From a cyanobacterium endosymbiont of Braarudosphaera bigelowii (GTDB lineage: Bacteria; Cyanobacteriota; Cyanobacteriia; Cyanobacteriales; Microcystaceae): DNA of 32,000 nucleotides. Each line of letters opens with the position of its first letter. Position 1 is the stretch's first letter. The translations under genes were made by a program, and so were the position numbers. The notes beneath the pieces were generated by a model, which ran no database searches, was not told the DNA's origin, and was given only the letters and a program-made list of their open reading frames with translations. Below are positions 9,519 to 20,304 of this stretch, one piece after another. The stretch spans positions 720,001 through 752,000 of the forward strand of contig NZ_AP024987.1 of assembly GCF_020885515.1 (NCBI RefSeq). Reading direction: 5' to 3'.

Positions 9519-12089
9519 ATGACAATCCCTCAGGATCGAATTATTCCAACAAATTTAAGTAATGAGATGTCTCGTTCTTATTTAGAATACGCAATGAGTG
9601 TAATCGTAGGACGAGCTTTACCTGATGCAAGGGATGGCCTGAAACCTGTTCATAGACGCATTTTATATGCTATGTATGAACTAGGATTAATTCCAGAACG
9701 ACCTTTTCGCAAATGTGCTCGTGTTGTGGGAGAAGTGTTGGGAAAGTATCACCCTCATGGAGATACAGCTGTTTACGATGCTTTGGTACGTATGGCCCAA
9801 AATTTTTCTATGCGTAGTCCTCTTGTTGACGGGCATGGAAACTTTGGGTCAATAGATAATGATCCTCCTGCGGCTATGCGTTACACAGAATGCCGATTAA
9901 GGGAATTATCAACTGATGCTTTACTGCGTGATATAGAGTCTGAAACCGTAGACTTTGCAGATAATTTTGATGGTTCGCAACATGAACCTGTTGTACTTCC
10001 TGCTAGAATACCACAACTACTTCTTAACGGTTCTTCTGGTATTGCTGTAGGTATGGCAACTAATATCCCTCCACATAATTTAGGGGAGTTGATCGATGGA
10101 ACTATTGCTTTAATGCACAATCCAGAACTAGAAAATAAAGATCTTATTAAAATAATTCCTGGACCTGATTTTCCCACAGGAGGACAAATACTAGGCCGCT
10201 CAGGTATTCATGAAGCCTATATGACAGGTCGTGGCTCTATTACAATGAGAGGAGTAGCAAAAATTGAAACTTTAGAATATCAAGGACGTTCTAATAAAGA
10301 AGCAATAATAATCACTCAACTGCCATATCAAACAAATAAGTCTGCCTTGATTGAACGTATTGCTGATATGGTGAATGATAAACGTATCGATGGCATTTCT
10401 GATATTCGTGATGAAAGTGATCGTGATGGAATGCGTATTGTCATTGAATTAAAAAGAGATGCCCATCCCAGAGTAGTTCTTAATAATATCTATAAACAAA
10501 CTCCTGTTCAAATAAATTTTGGAGCTAATATGTTGGCTTTGGTTAAAGGAGAACCGCAACTTTTAACTCTGAAGAATTTTCTTACTGTCTTTATTGACTT
10601 TCGAGTTGAAACTATTACTCGGCGCTCTAAATACGAACTTAAAAAAACTGAAGAAAGGAATCACTTACTGGAGGGACTTCTAGTTGCATTAGACAATTTA
10701 GACCATATCATTTCTACTGTTCGTAGTGCGGCTGATTCAATGACTGCAAAGAGAAGTTTAACGAGTCAGTTCGAACTTTCAGATATTCAAGCAGATGCTA
10801 TTTTACAGATGCAGCTACGTCGTCTTACTGCTTTAGAGGCAGAAAAAATACATGCCGAGCATCAAGAATTACAAATAAAAATTGCTAATATAAATGATAT
10901 TTTATCTAAAAAAGAACGTATAGAAGCCATTATAGAAGAAGAGTTAATTCAAATTAAGAATACCCATGGTACTCCTAGATACACAGAGATTATTCATGAT
11001 GAAGGAGAAATTGTAGATACTGATCTTATCGCTAACGAGCAAGCTATTATACTTCTCACTGAACACGGGTATATTAAAAGAATGCCTGTTAGTTCTTTTG
11101 ATGCACAACAACGAGCAACGAGGGGAAAAGCTGCAGCAAAAATAAAAGAAAACGACGTAGTAGAACACTTCTTGACCTGTTGTGATCATGATGTAGTGCT
11201 CTTTTTTAGCGATAGAGGAGTCGTTTATGCTACTAAAGCTTATCAAATTCCTTCTTCCTCCAGAACATCAAGAGGAATTCCTATTATACAAATGCTCTCT
11301 ATTTCTAAAAATGAAAAAATAACTTCTATTATTGCAGTTAGTGAATTCAGAGAAGATATTTTTTTAGTGATGTTGACTTGTCAGGGCTATATTAAGAAAA
11401 CTGCTCTTGCCGCTTTTCGTAATATAAGAACTAATGGACTAATTGCTATTTCACTTGAAGAGGGGGATCAGTTACGGTGGGTAAGATTAACCAGAGAAGA
11501 AGATAGTATAATTCTAGGTACTCGTTTGGGAATGGCTATTCATTTTCATGCAGATCACCAACAGTTAAGACCTCTTGGTCGAGCTACAAGAGGCGTTAAA
11601 TCGATGAAATTAAAGAAAAAAGATGAATTAATTAGTATGGATATCCTTCTCTCTAAAGTAACTCTGGGGATAGAAGTTTCTCAAGAAAATGAAGATATTT
11701 TAGAAGTTGAAGTTGAAGAATTGATTGAAGAAGAAGCTAATACAGGACCATGGATTTTGGCTATTACTAATGGGGGATATGGGAAAAGAATTCCTATTAC
11801 ACAATTTCGTTTACAACGCCGTGCTGGTATGGGAGTAAGAGCAATTAAATTTAAATCAGATAAAGATCATCTAACATCATTGCGCGTTGTCAATGCAGAA
11901 GATGAATTAATGATTGTTTCTAACCGAGGTATTATTATTAGGCAAGTTGTAAAAGCAATTTCTTTACAATCTCGTTCTGCTACAGGGGTTAGAGTACAAC
12001 GGTTAGATGAAGATGATGCTATTGCTGCAGTTGCCCTTGTACCTCCTGCCCCTGAAACAAAAGAAGAGAATGAAGAAACTAAATCATAA
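9519..12089 (+). CDS. gyrA: DNA gyrase subunit A
   Basis: [18 protein letters not shown] (QRDR region) and AAMRYTE active-site Tyr motif. C-terminal beta-pinwheel repeats carry an acidic insertion. A GGAG lies 12 nt upstream of the ATG. Confidence 0.96.
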   Translation: MTIPQDRIIPTNLSNEMSRSYLEYAMSVIVGRALPDARDGLKPVHRRILYAMYELGLIPERPFRKCARVVGEVLGKYHPHGDTAVYDALVRMAQNFSMRSPLVDGHGNFGSIDNDPPAAMRYTECRLRELSTDALLRDIESETVDFADNFDGSQHEPVVLPARIPQLLLNGSSGIAVGMATNIPPHNLGELIDGTIALMHNPELENKDLIKIIPGPDFPTGGQILGRSGIHEAYMTGRGSITMRGVAKIETLEYQGRSNKEAIIITQLPYQTNKSALIERIADMVNDKRIDGISDIRDESDRDGMRIVIELKRDAHPRVVLNNIYKQTPVQINFGANMLALVKGEPQLLTLKNFLTVFIDFRVETITRRSKYELKKTEERNHLLEGLLVALDNLDHIISTVRSAADSMTAKRSLTSQFELSDIQADAILQMQLRRLTALEAEKIHAEHQELQIKIANINDILSKKERIEAIIEEELIQIKNTHGTPRYTEIIHDEGEIVDTDLIANEQAIILLTEHGYIKRMPVSSFDAQQRATRGKAAAKIKENDVVEHFLTCCDHDVVLFFSDRGVVYATKAYQIPSSSRTSRGIPIIQMLSISKNEKITSIIAVSEFREDIFLVMLTCQGYIKKTALAAFRNIRTNGLIAISLEEGDQLRWVRLTREEDSIILGTRLGMAIHFHADHQQLRPLGRATRGVKSMKLKKKDELISMDILLSKVTLGIEVSQENEDILEVEVEELIEEEANTGPWILAITNGGYGKRIPITQFRLQRRAGMGVRAIKFKSDKDHLTSLRVVNAEDELMIVSNRGIIIRQVVKAISLQSRSATGVRVQRLDEDDAIAAVALVPPAPETKEENEETKS

Positions 12090-12111
12090 ATTAATAGAAA
12101 TTTGTGAGCGA

Positions 12112-14019
12112 TTAATCCGAAACAACTTCACGTTTTGATAAAGATTGATTTAATAGTTGGCGAAATTCTTTTCCTTCGATAGTTTCTTGATCAATTAGTA
12201 CATCAACTAAGTGGTCAACTAGTATACGGTTATCAGAAATAATCTTTTCTGCTTTCTGATAACAAACCTTAACTATAGAACGAACCTGAAAATCAATTTT
12301 TTCTGCAACTCCTTCGGAGTATTCAGATTGAACAACATTATCAAAACCAAAAGAGCTTTTATCATCTTTTTCTAAGGCTACTAATCCTAGTTCTGACATT
12401 CCGAAGCGAGTTACCATTTGTCTAGCTAGATAAGTTACCTTCTCAAGATCATTACCCGCTCCTGTAGTAACTTCATCTTGCCCAAATACTACTTCTTCTG
12501 CTACACGTCCTCCTAGCAAGCCAGATATTCTAGCCAATATTTGATTACGAGTAATTAATGCTGATTCTTCTTCGGGAGTAAACCAAGTTAATCCTTTCGC
12601 TTGTCCTCTAGGAATTAGAGTCACTTTCTCTACTGATTCATGTTCAGGAATTATCGATCCTACCAAAGCATGGCCAATTTCATGATATGCAATTAATCTT
12701 TTACTTTTACTATCAATTAAGGGCGCTCCTTCCATTCCAGCAACGACTCTATCTATAGCATCATAAATTTCTGTCATAGAAATAGTTTTTTTCCTTCTTC
12801 TAGCCGTAAAAATTGCAGCTTCGTTCAATAAATTAGCCAAGTCAGCACCTGTAAAACCTGGGGTACGCCTAGCAACGGTCTCTAAAGAAACATTCTCACT
12901 AATTTTTTTATCTCGAGAGTGAACTTCTAGAATGCCTTCTCTTCCTTTAAGATCAGGGTAGTCAACAATAACTTGTCTATCAAAACGTCCAGGCCTTGAT
13001 AAAGCCGCATCTAAAACATCAGGACGATTAGTAGCAGCAATTAAAATAATTCCTGAATTTCCTTCAAATCCATCCATTTCTGTTAATAGCTGATTAAGAG
13101 TTTGTTCTCTTTCATCATTACCACCACCATATCCAACTCCTCTTTGACGACCAACAGCATCTATTTCATCAATAAAGATCAAGCAGGGGGTGTTTTCTTT
13201 AGCTTTTTTAAATAGATCTCTAACTCGTGAGGCACCAACCCCGACAAACATTTCTACAAATTCTGAACCAGAAATACTAAAGAAAGGTACTCCAGCTTCT
13301 CCGGCTATCGCTTTAGCCAAAAGGGTTTTACCAGTTCCTGGAGGTCCGACTAACAATACTCCTTTAGGAATTTTTGCTCCAATAGCAGTGAACTTTTCTG
13401 GTTCCTTGAGAAAAGTTACAATCTCTTGTAATTCTTCTTTTGCTTCATCAATTCCAGCTACGTCTTCAAAAGAGATACCTGTACTTGCTTCCATTTGGAA
13501 ACGAGCTTTAGATTTACTAAAATTAGTCGTTTGACCTGAAATATTCGTAGACCTTCGAACAATAGTAATAACAATTACTAGTATTAAGAGCAAAATCGGG
13601 ACTTGGAGAAGTAAACGTACTGCAGTAGAGTTATCAGATGATGGACTATAGTTAATTTTTACATTATTAGCCTTTAAGATCTGAATTAATTCAGGATTTT
13701 TTTCAAATAAAGTAACTTGTTTAACTACATCATCATTATTAAAATTAACTTGTGCTTTTTGTAATCTAGGATCAATTTCAATTAAACCTATTTTACCTGA
13801 TTCAATGTCTTCAAATAATTCACTGTAACTATACGAATCTTTTTTCTGTTGTCCAAAACAAGGAGAACAAGTTAATAATAGATTAAGTAAAATCCCAGTG
13901 GCTATTAAACTGTTCGTTTTTTTTGACTTGAATTTATGATCCTGTAAACATGTTATATCTTTCTTATACATTGTATTTAATTTATATTTTGATATTGGTA
14001 AAAAGGAAGAATGCTTCAT
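12112..14019 (-). CDS. ftsH: ATP-dependent zinc metalloprotease FtsH
   Basis: Walker A GPPGTGKT, Walker B IFIDEID, second region of homology, and zinc site HEIGHA. The start is ambiguous: ATG at 14019, or the internal ATG 48 nt downstream (MYKKD...). Confidence 0.95.
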   Translation of the reverse strand: MKHSSFLPISKYKLNTMYKKDITCLQDHKFKSKKTNSLIATGILLNLLLTCSPCFGQQKKDSYSYSELFEDIESGKIGLIEIDPRLQKAQVNFNNDDVVKQVTLFEKNPELIQILKANNVKINYSPSSDNSTAVRLLLQVPILLLILVIVITIVRRSTNISGQTTNFSKSKARFQMEASTGISFEDVAGIDEAKEELQEIVTFLKEPEKFTAIGAKIPKGVLLVGPPGTGKTLLAKAIAGEAGVPFFSISGSEFVEMFVGVGASRVRDLFKKAKENTPCLIFIDEIDAVGRQRGVGYGGGNDEREQTLNQLLTEMDGFEGNSGIILIAATNRPDVLDAALSRPGRFDRQVIVDYPDLKGREGILEVHSRDKKISENVSLETVARRTPGFTGADLANLLNEAAIFTARRRKKTISMTEIYDAIDRVVAGMEGAPLIDSKSKRLIAYHEIGHALVGSIIPEHESVEKVTLIPRGQAKGLTWFTPEEESALITRNQILARISGLLGGRVAEEVVFGQDEVTTGAGNDLEKVTYLARQMVTRFGMSELGLVALEKDDKSSFGFDNVVQSEYSEGVAEKIDFQVRSIVKVCYQKAEKIISDNRILVDHLVDVLIDQETIEGKEFRQLLNQSLSKREVVSD

Positions 14020-14097
14020 ATTTGTCGGCTTAAAGAAGTTTTTCTTATTATGAACGATGAGATAGTATTCTTGTATAAAATCTAAAAAACGATTTAT

Positions 14098-15795
14098 CTA
14101 TGGTTTTGAATTATGATTCGTTGTTTTTTTTAGGTAATCATTGCTAATTAAACTGTTTCCAATTCCCTGTAAAATTCCTTTACCGACTAATCCAATACTA
14201 CGACCAACTATTTGGGTCAGAAGATAAACTATGGCATTTCCAGATATTTTTAGTAGAGAGCTTAAAGGTAATGCTATCGCATCTCTAATTTCTAAGATAA
14301 TTGTAACAGACCAGGGTATTCTACTTAATTTGTTAAGTTCTTTTTGTCTAGGTGCATAAACAAATATAAGATTTATTCCTTTATCTTCTAAGAAAAAAAG
14401 TTGATGTTGGCTTTCAAAAATGTTTTTAGGTTCTTGCCAATATTCATTTTTTCTATATTCCCATGCTAGTCGATTTCTGAATTTTGCTAATTCTCTAGTT
14501 GAAATCATATTTGTATGAAATAAATTTTCTTTAACTTTTTCATTACTTGAAAAATCGTTTAGTATTAATGCTATAGTTCCGTTTGAGACTTGTATTATAG
14601 CGTTATGTAAAGCTTTTTCTATTTTTTCTGTTAAACTTATAGTTATGTTTAATGTTGAAACTTGCTCTTCTATACAAACATTTTTTAACAGTAAATAATT
14701 TAATAGTTCTATACAAAAAGGAATTTTATTTAATATTTCTTTAGATATTAAAGATTCGTTATCTTTAATAATTTGCTCAAGCTCCTGTAAAGAAATATTT
14801 TGGGGAATTGCACAATATTTTTCAATAAAAATTAAAGAAGATTCTCTCCATAATTTTTGCAAAACTGATAAGCTACTTTTGACAGCTCTTCCATCTCCTA
14901 TCTCAATAAAATTCATATCTTCTATAATTCGATAAAAGTGTTTAGTGACTATTTTCAAAAGCTCTCTTTTTTTATCGTTTTCTAATATATCGATTTCTAA
15001 ATGAACCTTGGTGAAGTTATTAATATTTTTTTCAATTTTCTCAAGAGCTCGGTTAAAGATTATTAAACTATTTATAGGTTGAACTGAACTATTTGTAACC
15101 CAAAAATTTTTTAAGAAGGAATCATCTTCTAATTCATTATTTGGTTTATCAGACTTAATCTTAGGGCCATTGATGTTAAACAGTTTTGCTAATAGCCAAG
15201 AAACTACTAAGGTCTCTCTTTTTTTTCCCTTCCAAAAAAAAACATTGAACTTAGATGTTGAAGGTTTTTTTAAAGTTTCATCAATGCAGACTAAATTATT
15301 TTCAATGAGTTTAATAATGTATCTTTGGACATAAGATGTCCAATCCTTTTTTATTGTTCGAGAAGTATATTTAATAAACTGATTATTTAGAGAAGTTGAT
15401 TTATATAAAAATTTATTTTGAATTATTTCTTCTAAATTATTTATCAATATATTAATTTCAGTATTTTTGTCGAAATACCCTCGGATACCTATTTTTTGAA
15501 ATTCCTCTTCTTCCTCAGTACTAAAATAACGGCTTAAACAACATAACCGTATATTTGGATACTGTTTTCTAACTTGTATACAAAATTTTTTAATTGCTAA
15601 AAAGCTATTAAATAAGTTAGGTTCAAAAATAATTATGTCAGGCAGGCTAATTGATAACTTTAGAAAAGTATCGGTTAAATTATCAGTCTGATGAATAATC
15701 TTATATCGAGAACTTTTACTTAAGGCTGTTGCTAGACCTAGGAGAAAAACTTGATCTGTATCTAGAATCAGTATAGAAATGGAGCTATCACTCAC
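14098..15795 (-). CDS. Ycf55 / DUF3685-like protein: degenerate response-regulator receiver domain plus a large uncharacterised C-terminal region (565 aa)
   Basis: The N-terminus ISILILDTDQVF...PDIIIFEPNL...LCCLS...GYFDK aligns to receiver beta1, beta3, beta4 and beta5 elements. The start codon is GTG (15795-15793), with no nearby in-frame ATG. The family assignment is from memory. Confidence 0.5.
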   Translation of the reverse strand: MSDSSISILILDTDQVFLLGLATALSKSSRYKIIHQTDNLTDTFLKLSISLPDIIIFEPNLFNSFLAIKKFCIQVRKQYPNIRLCCLSRYFSTEEEEEFQKIGIRGYFDKNTEINILINNLEEIIQNKFLYKSTSLNNQFIKYTSRTIKKDWTSYVQRYIIKLIENNLVCIDETLKKPSTSKFNVFFWKGKKRETLVVSWLLAKLFNINGPKIKSDKPNNELEDDSFLKNFWVTNSSVQPINSLIIFNRALEKIEKNINNFTKVHLEIDILENDKKRELLKIVTKHFYRIIEDMNFIEIGDGRAVKSSLSVLQKLWRESSLIFIEKYCAIPQNISLQELEQIIKDNESLISKEILNKIPFCIELLNYLLLKNVCIEEQVSTLNITISLTEKIEKALHNAIIQVSNGTIALILNDFSSNEKVKENLFHTNMISTRELAKFRNRLAWEYRKNEYWQEPKNIFESQHQLFFLEDKGINLIFVYAPRQKELNKLSRIPWSVTIILEIRDAIALPLSSLLKISGNAIVYLLTQIVGRSIGLVGKGILQGIGNSLISNDYLKKTTNHNSKP

Positions 15796-15860
15796 AGTTT
15801 TAAAGGTGAAGGCTAACGAAGTTAATAATTTAAATCAATTTTATTGTAGACATTTATATT

Positions 15861-15988
15861 GAAATAAATCAATATAATAACTATTTATCGGAATTTAATT
15901 TTTTTTGTATTGACTACACTATCTCATGAAGAGTAAATATAAGAAAACTTGTCTGATCGTATTATTTTTCTGGGAAATAAATCAATAT
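15861..15988. repeat. Exact 15-nt direct repeat gaaataaatcaatat (15861-15875 and 15974-15988) in the upstream region of the Ycf55-like gene
   Basis: Both copies were verified by position and their flanking bases differ. The copies lie 66 and 179 nt upstream of the GTG start at 15795. Confidence 0.5.
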
Positions 15989-16238
15989 TTAGATCTTTAT
16001 AATATTAGTTTTTATAACCTTATTAAATTGAGCTGAATGTCTATCAAAATATATTAAAAAACTATATATAGGTTTCTCTGTACATGAAGGCTTAATGCGA
16101 TCTTCAAGAAAATTAAGACAATAATGCTAATCTCTTACTTAAACCAAGACCTATACGATGACAAAAGATAACATAACTTTTCAGGTATTAACTAGAAGTA
16201 TAACCTATAAAGAACTCATATTTAATTTTTAATGCCTA

Positions 16239-17198
16239 TTATTGATTTTTCTCTTTTTTAATCTTACTTAATGTCATCAGATTTTCAATAGTTGTACAAT
16301 AATTATTTATTCCAAAATCAAAAGGTATCGTGGTCTTTTTATAAGTAAAATGGCGATAGTTCATAGAAAAATAATCCCATGCTTCCATACGCAATCTGAA
16401 AATTTTAATAAATATATTTGCTAAAGTAATTGACAATGGAATTCGAAAATAAATCTGTTTATCTAAGTACTTGCATATCTTCTCTACAGCTTCATTTACT
16501 GTCGTTTTTTTATTACCTAAAACAATATCTTTATTCGCCAGAGTTAAGGATGGGTTCTGAATTACATATTTAATAATTTGAGCAATATCTTTTGCATGAA
16601 TATAATGAAAACTTCCATCTACTTTAAAGAAACGTATCAAATTTATCCATTTTATGACATCATTGATTCCACCTGATAAATGAGAATATGGTTTGTCTTT
16701 TTCTCCTCCAAAGACTAAAGTAGGAAAAACTGTAACAATCTTATTATAAATAGACAATTCTTGTAATCGTATGTAACATTGATACTTAGTTCGCACATAG
16801 TTAGTACCTAAAGTTTTTGCTTCAAGTAGTGGTTTACTATTACTATTTAAGATGCTCGCTGTAGAGAAGTAAATAATTTGTTGACATATCTCAGGATCCA
16901 ATAAGTTAATTAAATCTATAGTTGAACTTACATTAATTTCGTAAGATTCTACATCACCTCCCCAACTTGTCGCAGCTAATATAGCGACATTAACTGTCTT
17001 CAAGAAATTACTTAGTTGATTTATATTTTTTAAATCTTCTTTGATTAAATGTATTCCAGGACGACTATTATAATCAAATAGCAGTTTATCTGGATTTCTC
17101 ACTAAAAAATAAAGCTCATAGCTTGTATGGTTAATTAAAGTTTCTGCTATATAGTGTCCTATACATCCACTTGCACCTGTTATGAAAATACGTTTCAT
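16239..17198 (-). CDS. NAD(P)-dependent epimerase/dehydratase-family (extended SDR) protein
   Basis: N-terminal Rossmann motif ITGASGCIGHY and catalytic YxxxK (YVRTK). 319 aa. Confidence 0.75.
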   Translation of the reverse strand: MKRIFITGASGCIGHYIAETLINHTSYELYFLVRNPDKLLFDYNSRPGIHLIKEDLKNINQLSNFLKTVNVAILAATSWGGDVESYEINVSSTIDLINLLDPEICQQIIYFSTASILNSNSKPLLEAKTLGTNYVRTKYQCYIRLQELSIYNKIVTVFPTLVFGGEKDKPYSHLSGGINDVIKWINLIRFFKVDGSFHYIHAKDIAQIIKYVIQNPSLTLANKDIVLGNKKTTVNEAVEKICKYLDKQIYFRIPLSITLANIFIKIFRLRMEAWDYFSMNYRHFTYKKTTIPFDFGINNYCTTIENLMTLSKIKKEKNQ

Positions 17199-17310
17199 TA
17201 GTTATTTTGATAATACTTTAGGCAACAGAAAAATTGCAGTATCTTTCTATTGCCGATATATTGTAACAGACTTTAAAGCTATGTCTATGCTGTTGAGTTT
17301 CACAATTTAA

Positions 17311-18375
17311 TTAGATAGTAAAAGTTGCTAATTGATTAATTTGCTTAGCTGTTTCGAAGAAAAAACGAACATTATCTTCTGGTGTACCGACCAATATTCC
17401 ATGGCCTAAATTTAAAATATGTCTACCTTTACCAGCTTTCTGTACTGTGTTTAAAATACGTTCTTTGATAAATTTTTGAGAACCAAATAATACACCGGGA
17501 TCAATATTACCTTGTACAATTATATTCTTATTCAAACGTTGTCTAGCTTCTGCCATATCTATTGTCCAGTCAAGACTTACGATATCTACTTCAGAGCATT
17601 CCATCTGATCTAGTTTGCCAGCACTGCCATTAATATAAAGAATAAGAGGAGTATCTGGATAATTTTTTTTAATTTGACGGACTACCTGCTGTTGATAAGG
17701 AAGAGCAAAAGATTCATAGTCTTGAGGACTTAACTGCCCAGCCCATGAATCAAATAACTGTATTATTTGAGCTCCACAAGCAATTTGATAACATGCATAA
17801 GTGGCTATTGCATCTGCCATTTTACTTAACAGTTGATGAAGAATTTTAGGCTCAGAAAAAGCCATGGCTTTAATAACAGCATAGTTTTTAGAACTTTTAC
17901 CTTCAATGGCATAAGCTGCTAATGTCCAAGGTGCACCAACAAAACCTAAAACAGTAGATTGATTACCTACTTCTTCTCTCAGAGCCTGTAAAATAATTTT
18001 TACAAAGGATAAAGATTCTTCAGGATTAAGATTATGTAAATTTTCAATCTGTTTTTGTGTACGAATTGCAGAAGTAATTATGGGGCCCTTATTGGCTACG
18101 ATGTCAAAATCAATACCCATTCCAGATAATGGAGTTAGTATATCTGAGAACATAATTACACCATCTGGCTGAAAAGCTTGCCAGGGTTGTAGAGAAATTT
18201 CAATAGCAAGATTAGGATTTTCTGATCTTGCTCGAAAACTAGGGTATTTATCTCGCAAATCTCGATATACCTTCATATAACGTCCAGCTTGTCTCATCAT
18301 CCAGACAGGTGGCCGATCTAAAATTTCTCCTCGTGCTGCACGAAGAAGATAGGGTGTATTGTCAGCTTCTTTCAT
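17311..18375 (-). CDS. hemE: Uroporphyrinogen decarboxylase
   Basis: N-terminal signature [13 protein letters not shown]. The protein has a full-length URO-D-like sequence (354 aa). Confidence 0.95.
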   Translation of the reverse strand: MKEADNTPYLLRAARGEILDRPPVWMMRQAGRYMKVYRDLRDKYPSFRARSENPNLAIEISLQPWQAFQPDGVIMFSDILTPLSGMGIDFDIVANKGPIITSAIRTQKQIENLHNLNPEESLSFVKIILQALREEVGNQSTVLGFVGAPWTLAAYAIEGKSSKNYAVIKAMAFSEPKILHQLLSKMADAIATYACYQIACGAQIIQLFDSWAGQLSPQDYESFALPYQQQVVRQIKKNYPDTPLILYINGSAGKLDQMECSEVDIVSLDWTIDMAEARQRLNKNIIVQGNIDPGVLFGSQKFIKERILNTVQKAGKGRHILNLGHGILVGTPEDNVRFFFETAKQINQLATFTI

Positions 18376-18455
18376 ATAGCTTCCAAGGTAATAAATTTGC
18401 TTTTCTAGGCTATCATCAGGTGTAGCTTAGTTGTATAGGTTGTAACGAATATTTA

Positions 18456-18482
18456 TTATTTTGTAATTTAATTACAAAATAA
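18456..18482. promoter_or_regulatory. 27-nt perfect palindrome (13-bp arms around a single central T) between the rhomboid stop and the hemE start
   Basis: The sequence ttattttgtaatt t aattacaaaataa was verified base by base. It lies about 70 nt downstream of the rhomboid stop and about 80 nt upstream of the hemE ATG, on the minus strand. Confidence 0.4.
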
Positions 18483-18551
18483 CCTATTAAAATACGATAT
18501 TTTTTATTTATATTCTAGAAATAAAAATGAAGATAAAAATATTCAAAATAA

Positions 18552-19130
18552 TTATCTTTTAGCTATCAATAATTTAGCAGCCAAGGCTCCTCCTAAAAAA
18601 CCAAATAAGTGGCCTTGCCAAGAAATACCTGGTTGCGTAGGCAATAATCCAATAATTAGTCCTCCATACAAGAGAAATATGATGATGGATACACATATTG
18701 AAGTAATTTGTTTTTGAAAATAACCTCTTAGTAGTAAAAATCCTAAATAGCCAAAAATTAGTATACTTGCTCCGATATGTACAGAGTTTGCGGGACCAAA
18801 TAACCAAACACCTAGTCCGCCTATTGTCGTAGTTAAAAGGGTTACGATCCAAAAGTCATTAGTCTTTCGAAGCATAACGAAAGATCCCAATACTAAGAAA
18901 GGAATAGTATTATTAATTAAGTGAGATAAGTCTCCATGCAAAAAAGGTGCAAGAAAAATGCCTCGCAATCCTTTTATAGTATGAGGTTGAATACCTAAAT
19001 TATCTAATTTTCCATGAAAAACAAAAATATCAACTAATTCTACTATCCAAAAAATACTAACAAAGCTTCCTAAAATAATAAGTTGGTTTTTAACCTTCTT
19101 AGAAAAGTTGCTCTTAGATAATTGCCTCAT
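18552..19130 (-). CDS. Rhomboid family intramembrane serine protease
   Basis: Catalytic GxSx motif (GASILIFG) and His motif (HLFGFLGGALAA) sit within six hydrophobic helices. 192 aa. Confidence 0.85.
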   Translation of the reverse strand: MRQLSKSNFSKKVKNQLIILGSFVSIFWIVELVDIFVFHGKLDNLGIQPHTIKGLRGIFLAPFLHGDLSHLINNTIPFLVLGSFVMLRKTNDFWIVTLLTTTIGGLGVWLFGPANSVHIGASILIFGYLGFLLLRGYFQKQITSICVSIIIFLLYGGLIIGLLPTQPGISWQGHLFGFLGGALAAKLLIAKR

Positions 19131-19212
19131 AATGTTTGTAAATGGGAATATTATTAATAATGATAACTATTAATGGTACATTTCATATAAATATTTAGTT
19201 CTATAAAGAATA

Positions 19213-19572
19213 ATGGATTCTATTGAAATACAAGGCATTCGTTGTTATGGTTACACTGGCTATTTGCCAGAAGAAAAAATTTTAGGACAATGGTTTGAGG
19301 TTAATCTTAGCTTAAGTCTAGATTTGAAAATTTCAGGAATAAGTGACTCAATTGAAGATACATTAAACTATTGCAACGTTATTAATATTGTTAAAGATGA
19401 AATCACTTCTGCTAATTTTTCTCTCATAGAAAAATTAGCAGAAACAATAGCTCAAAAAATATTATTCCTACCAAAAGTTCATAAAGTTAGAGTAAATTTA
19501 AGTAAGCTTTCACCTCCTATCCCTAACTTTAAAGGTAAAGTTACTGTTGATATTACTCGAAAACATATTTGA
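19213..19572 (+). CDS. folB: Dihydroneopterin aldolase
   Basis: The 119-aa sequence IEIQGIRCYGYTGYLPEEKILGQWFEVNLSL... fits the FolB fold signature (G..G...EE...Q.F.V). Confidence 0.85.
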   Translation: MDSIEIQGIRCYGYTGYLPEEKILGQWFEVNLSLSLDLKISGISDSIEDTLNYCNVINIVKDEITSANFSLIEKLAETIAQKILFLPKVHKVRVNLSKLSPPIPNFKGKVTVDITRKHI

Positions 19573-19605
19573 TATGTAATATATAAATTTGCTGTATGTG
19601 TAGTA

Positions 19606-19658
19606 TTTTACTAATAGAATTATTGTTCTGTATTTAAATAATAATTCTATTAGTAAAA
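19606..19658. other. Perfect 19-bp inverted repeat (15-nt spacer) 34 nt downstream of folB
   Basis: Arm 19606-19624 (ttttactaatagaattatt) is the exact reverse complement of 19640-19658. There is no U-tract on either strand, so it is not a canonical intrinsic terminator. Confidence 0.45.
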
Positions 19659-19731
19659 AATAAGATTCAATTTATTCGTTACATAATATGTTGAATATTT
19701 ATCTATTCAAATCATAAAAAACTTTTGTCTT

Positions 19732-20304
19732 ATGAATATTAATTCCGAAATTAGTAGATTATTGGATGTAATGCCTGCTTCTGGTAGGATGTTAGTCAAA
19801 ATCGTCAGTAAGTCCGGTCAATCAGAAGTGATTAAGATACCTTTTCCATTTCTTTGGAATCGGAATAATAGATTAATTTACATTAATTTTGGTCTTTGGT
19901 GTCAATTAGCAGAAGGACAGCGAGATCTATTGATTTTACGTATTATCTTTCACTTAACAGATATTTACTCATTTAAACTTAACTTAAGCCAAATTATATT
20001 ATTATTTGGCGTTTTAGAATTATTTGTTAAAGCTATACAACAAGATACATTAGGAGTTTCAGTATTTGGAATATTAATTATTATTTTTATGAGACAATTT
20101 TGGTATGGTAATAGAAGCATTCAAAAAGAAATAGATATTGATAAAGACACAATAAAAGCGTCTGTCAAAAGAGGATATACACAAAGTAATGCAGCAAAAA
20201 ATCTATTAGAAGGTATTGAAAACATAGCTAAGCTAGAGGGTCATTCTCTATTAGAATCAAAATATTTAATTCGTCTAGAATATCTTCAATCTTTAATCCA
20301 CTAA
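19732..20304 (+). CDS. Conserved cyanobacterial membrane protein of unknown function, DUF3318-like (190 aa)
   Basis: The N-terminal motif RLLDVMPASGRM..KIVSK and central hydrophobic helices match my memory of the DUF3318 family. Confidence 0.55.
   Translation: MNINSEISRLLDVMPASGRMLVKIVSKSGQSEVIKIPFPFLWNRNNRLIYINFGLWCQLAEGQRDLLILRIIFHLTDIYSFKLNLSQIILLFGVLELFVKAIQQDTLGVSVFGILIIIFMRQFWYGNRSIQKEIDIDKDTIKASVKRGYTQSNAAKNLLEGIENIAKLEGHSLLESKYLIRLEYLQSLIH

Noticed and set aside
9881-10177. 98-aa - strand ORF
   Set aside because: It is antisense to the highly conserved N-terminal domain of gyrA, so it is a shadow ORF.
10944-11246. 100-aa - strand ORF
   Set aside because: It is antisense to gyrA and has no recognisable motifs.
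12090-12111. Searched for a terminator in the 22-nt gap between the convergent gyrA and ftsH genes
   Set aside because: Only two copies of the self-complementary hexamer ATTAAT flank the gap, giving a 6-bp all-A/T stem. That is too weak to call.
13190-13534. 114-aa + strand ORF
   Set aside because: It is antisense to the AAA+ module of ftsH. Open antisense frames are common opposite conserved genes.
17221-17254. Imperfect hairpin ggcaacagaaa / tttctattgcc between hemE and the SDR gene
   Set aside because: The 11-bp stem is interrupted by a C/A mismatch, leaving two 5-bp halves, and has no U-tract. That is insufficient support for a terminator call.
18574-18852. 92-aa - strand ORF
   Set aside because: It lies in an alternative frame fully inside the rhomboid gene. 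The rhomboid frame carries the catalytic motifs; this one has none.
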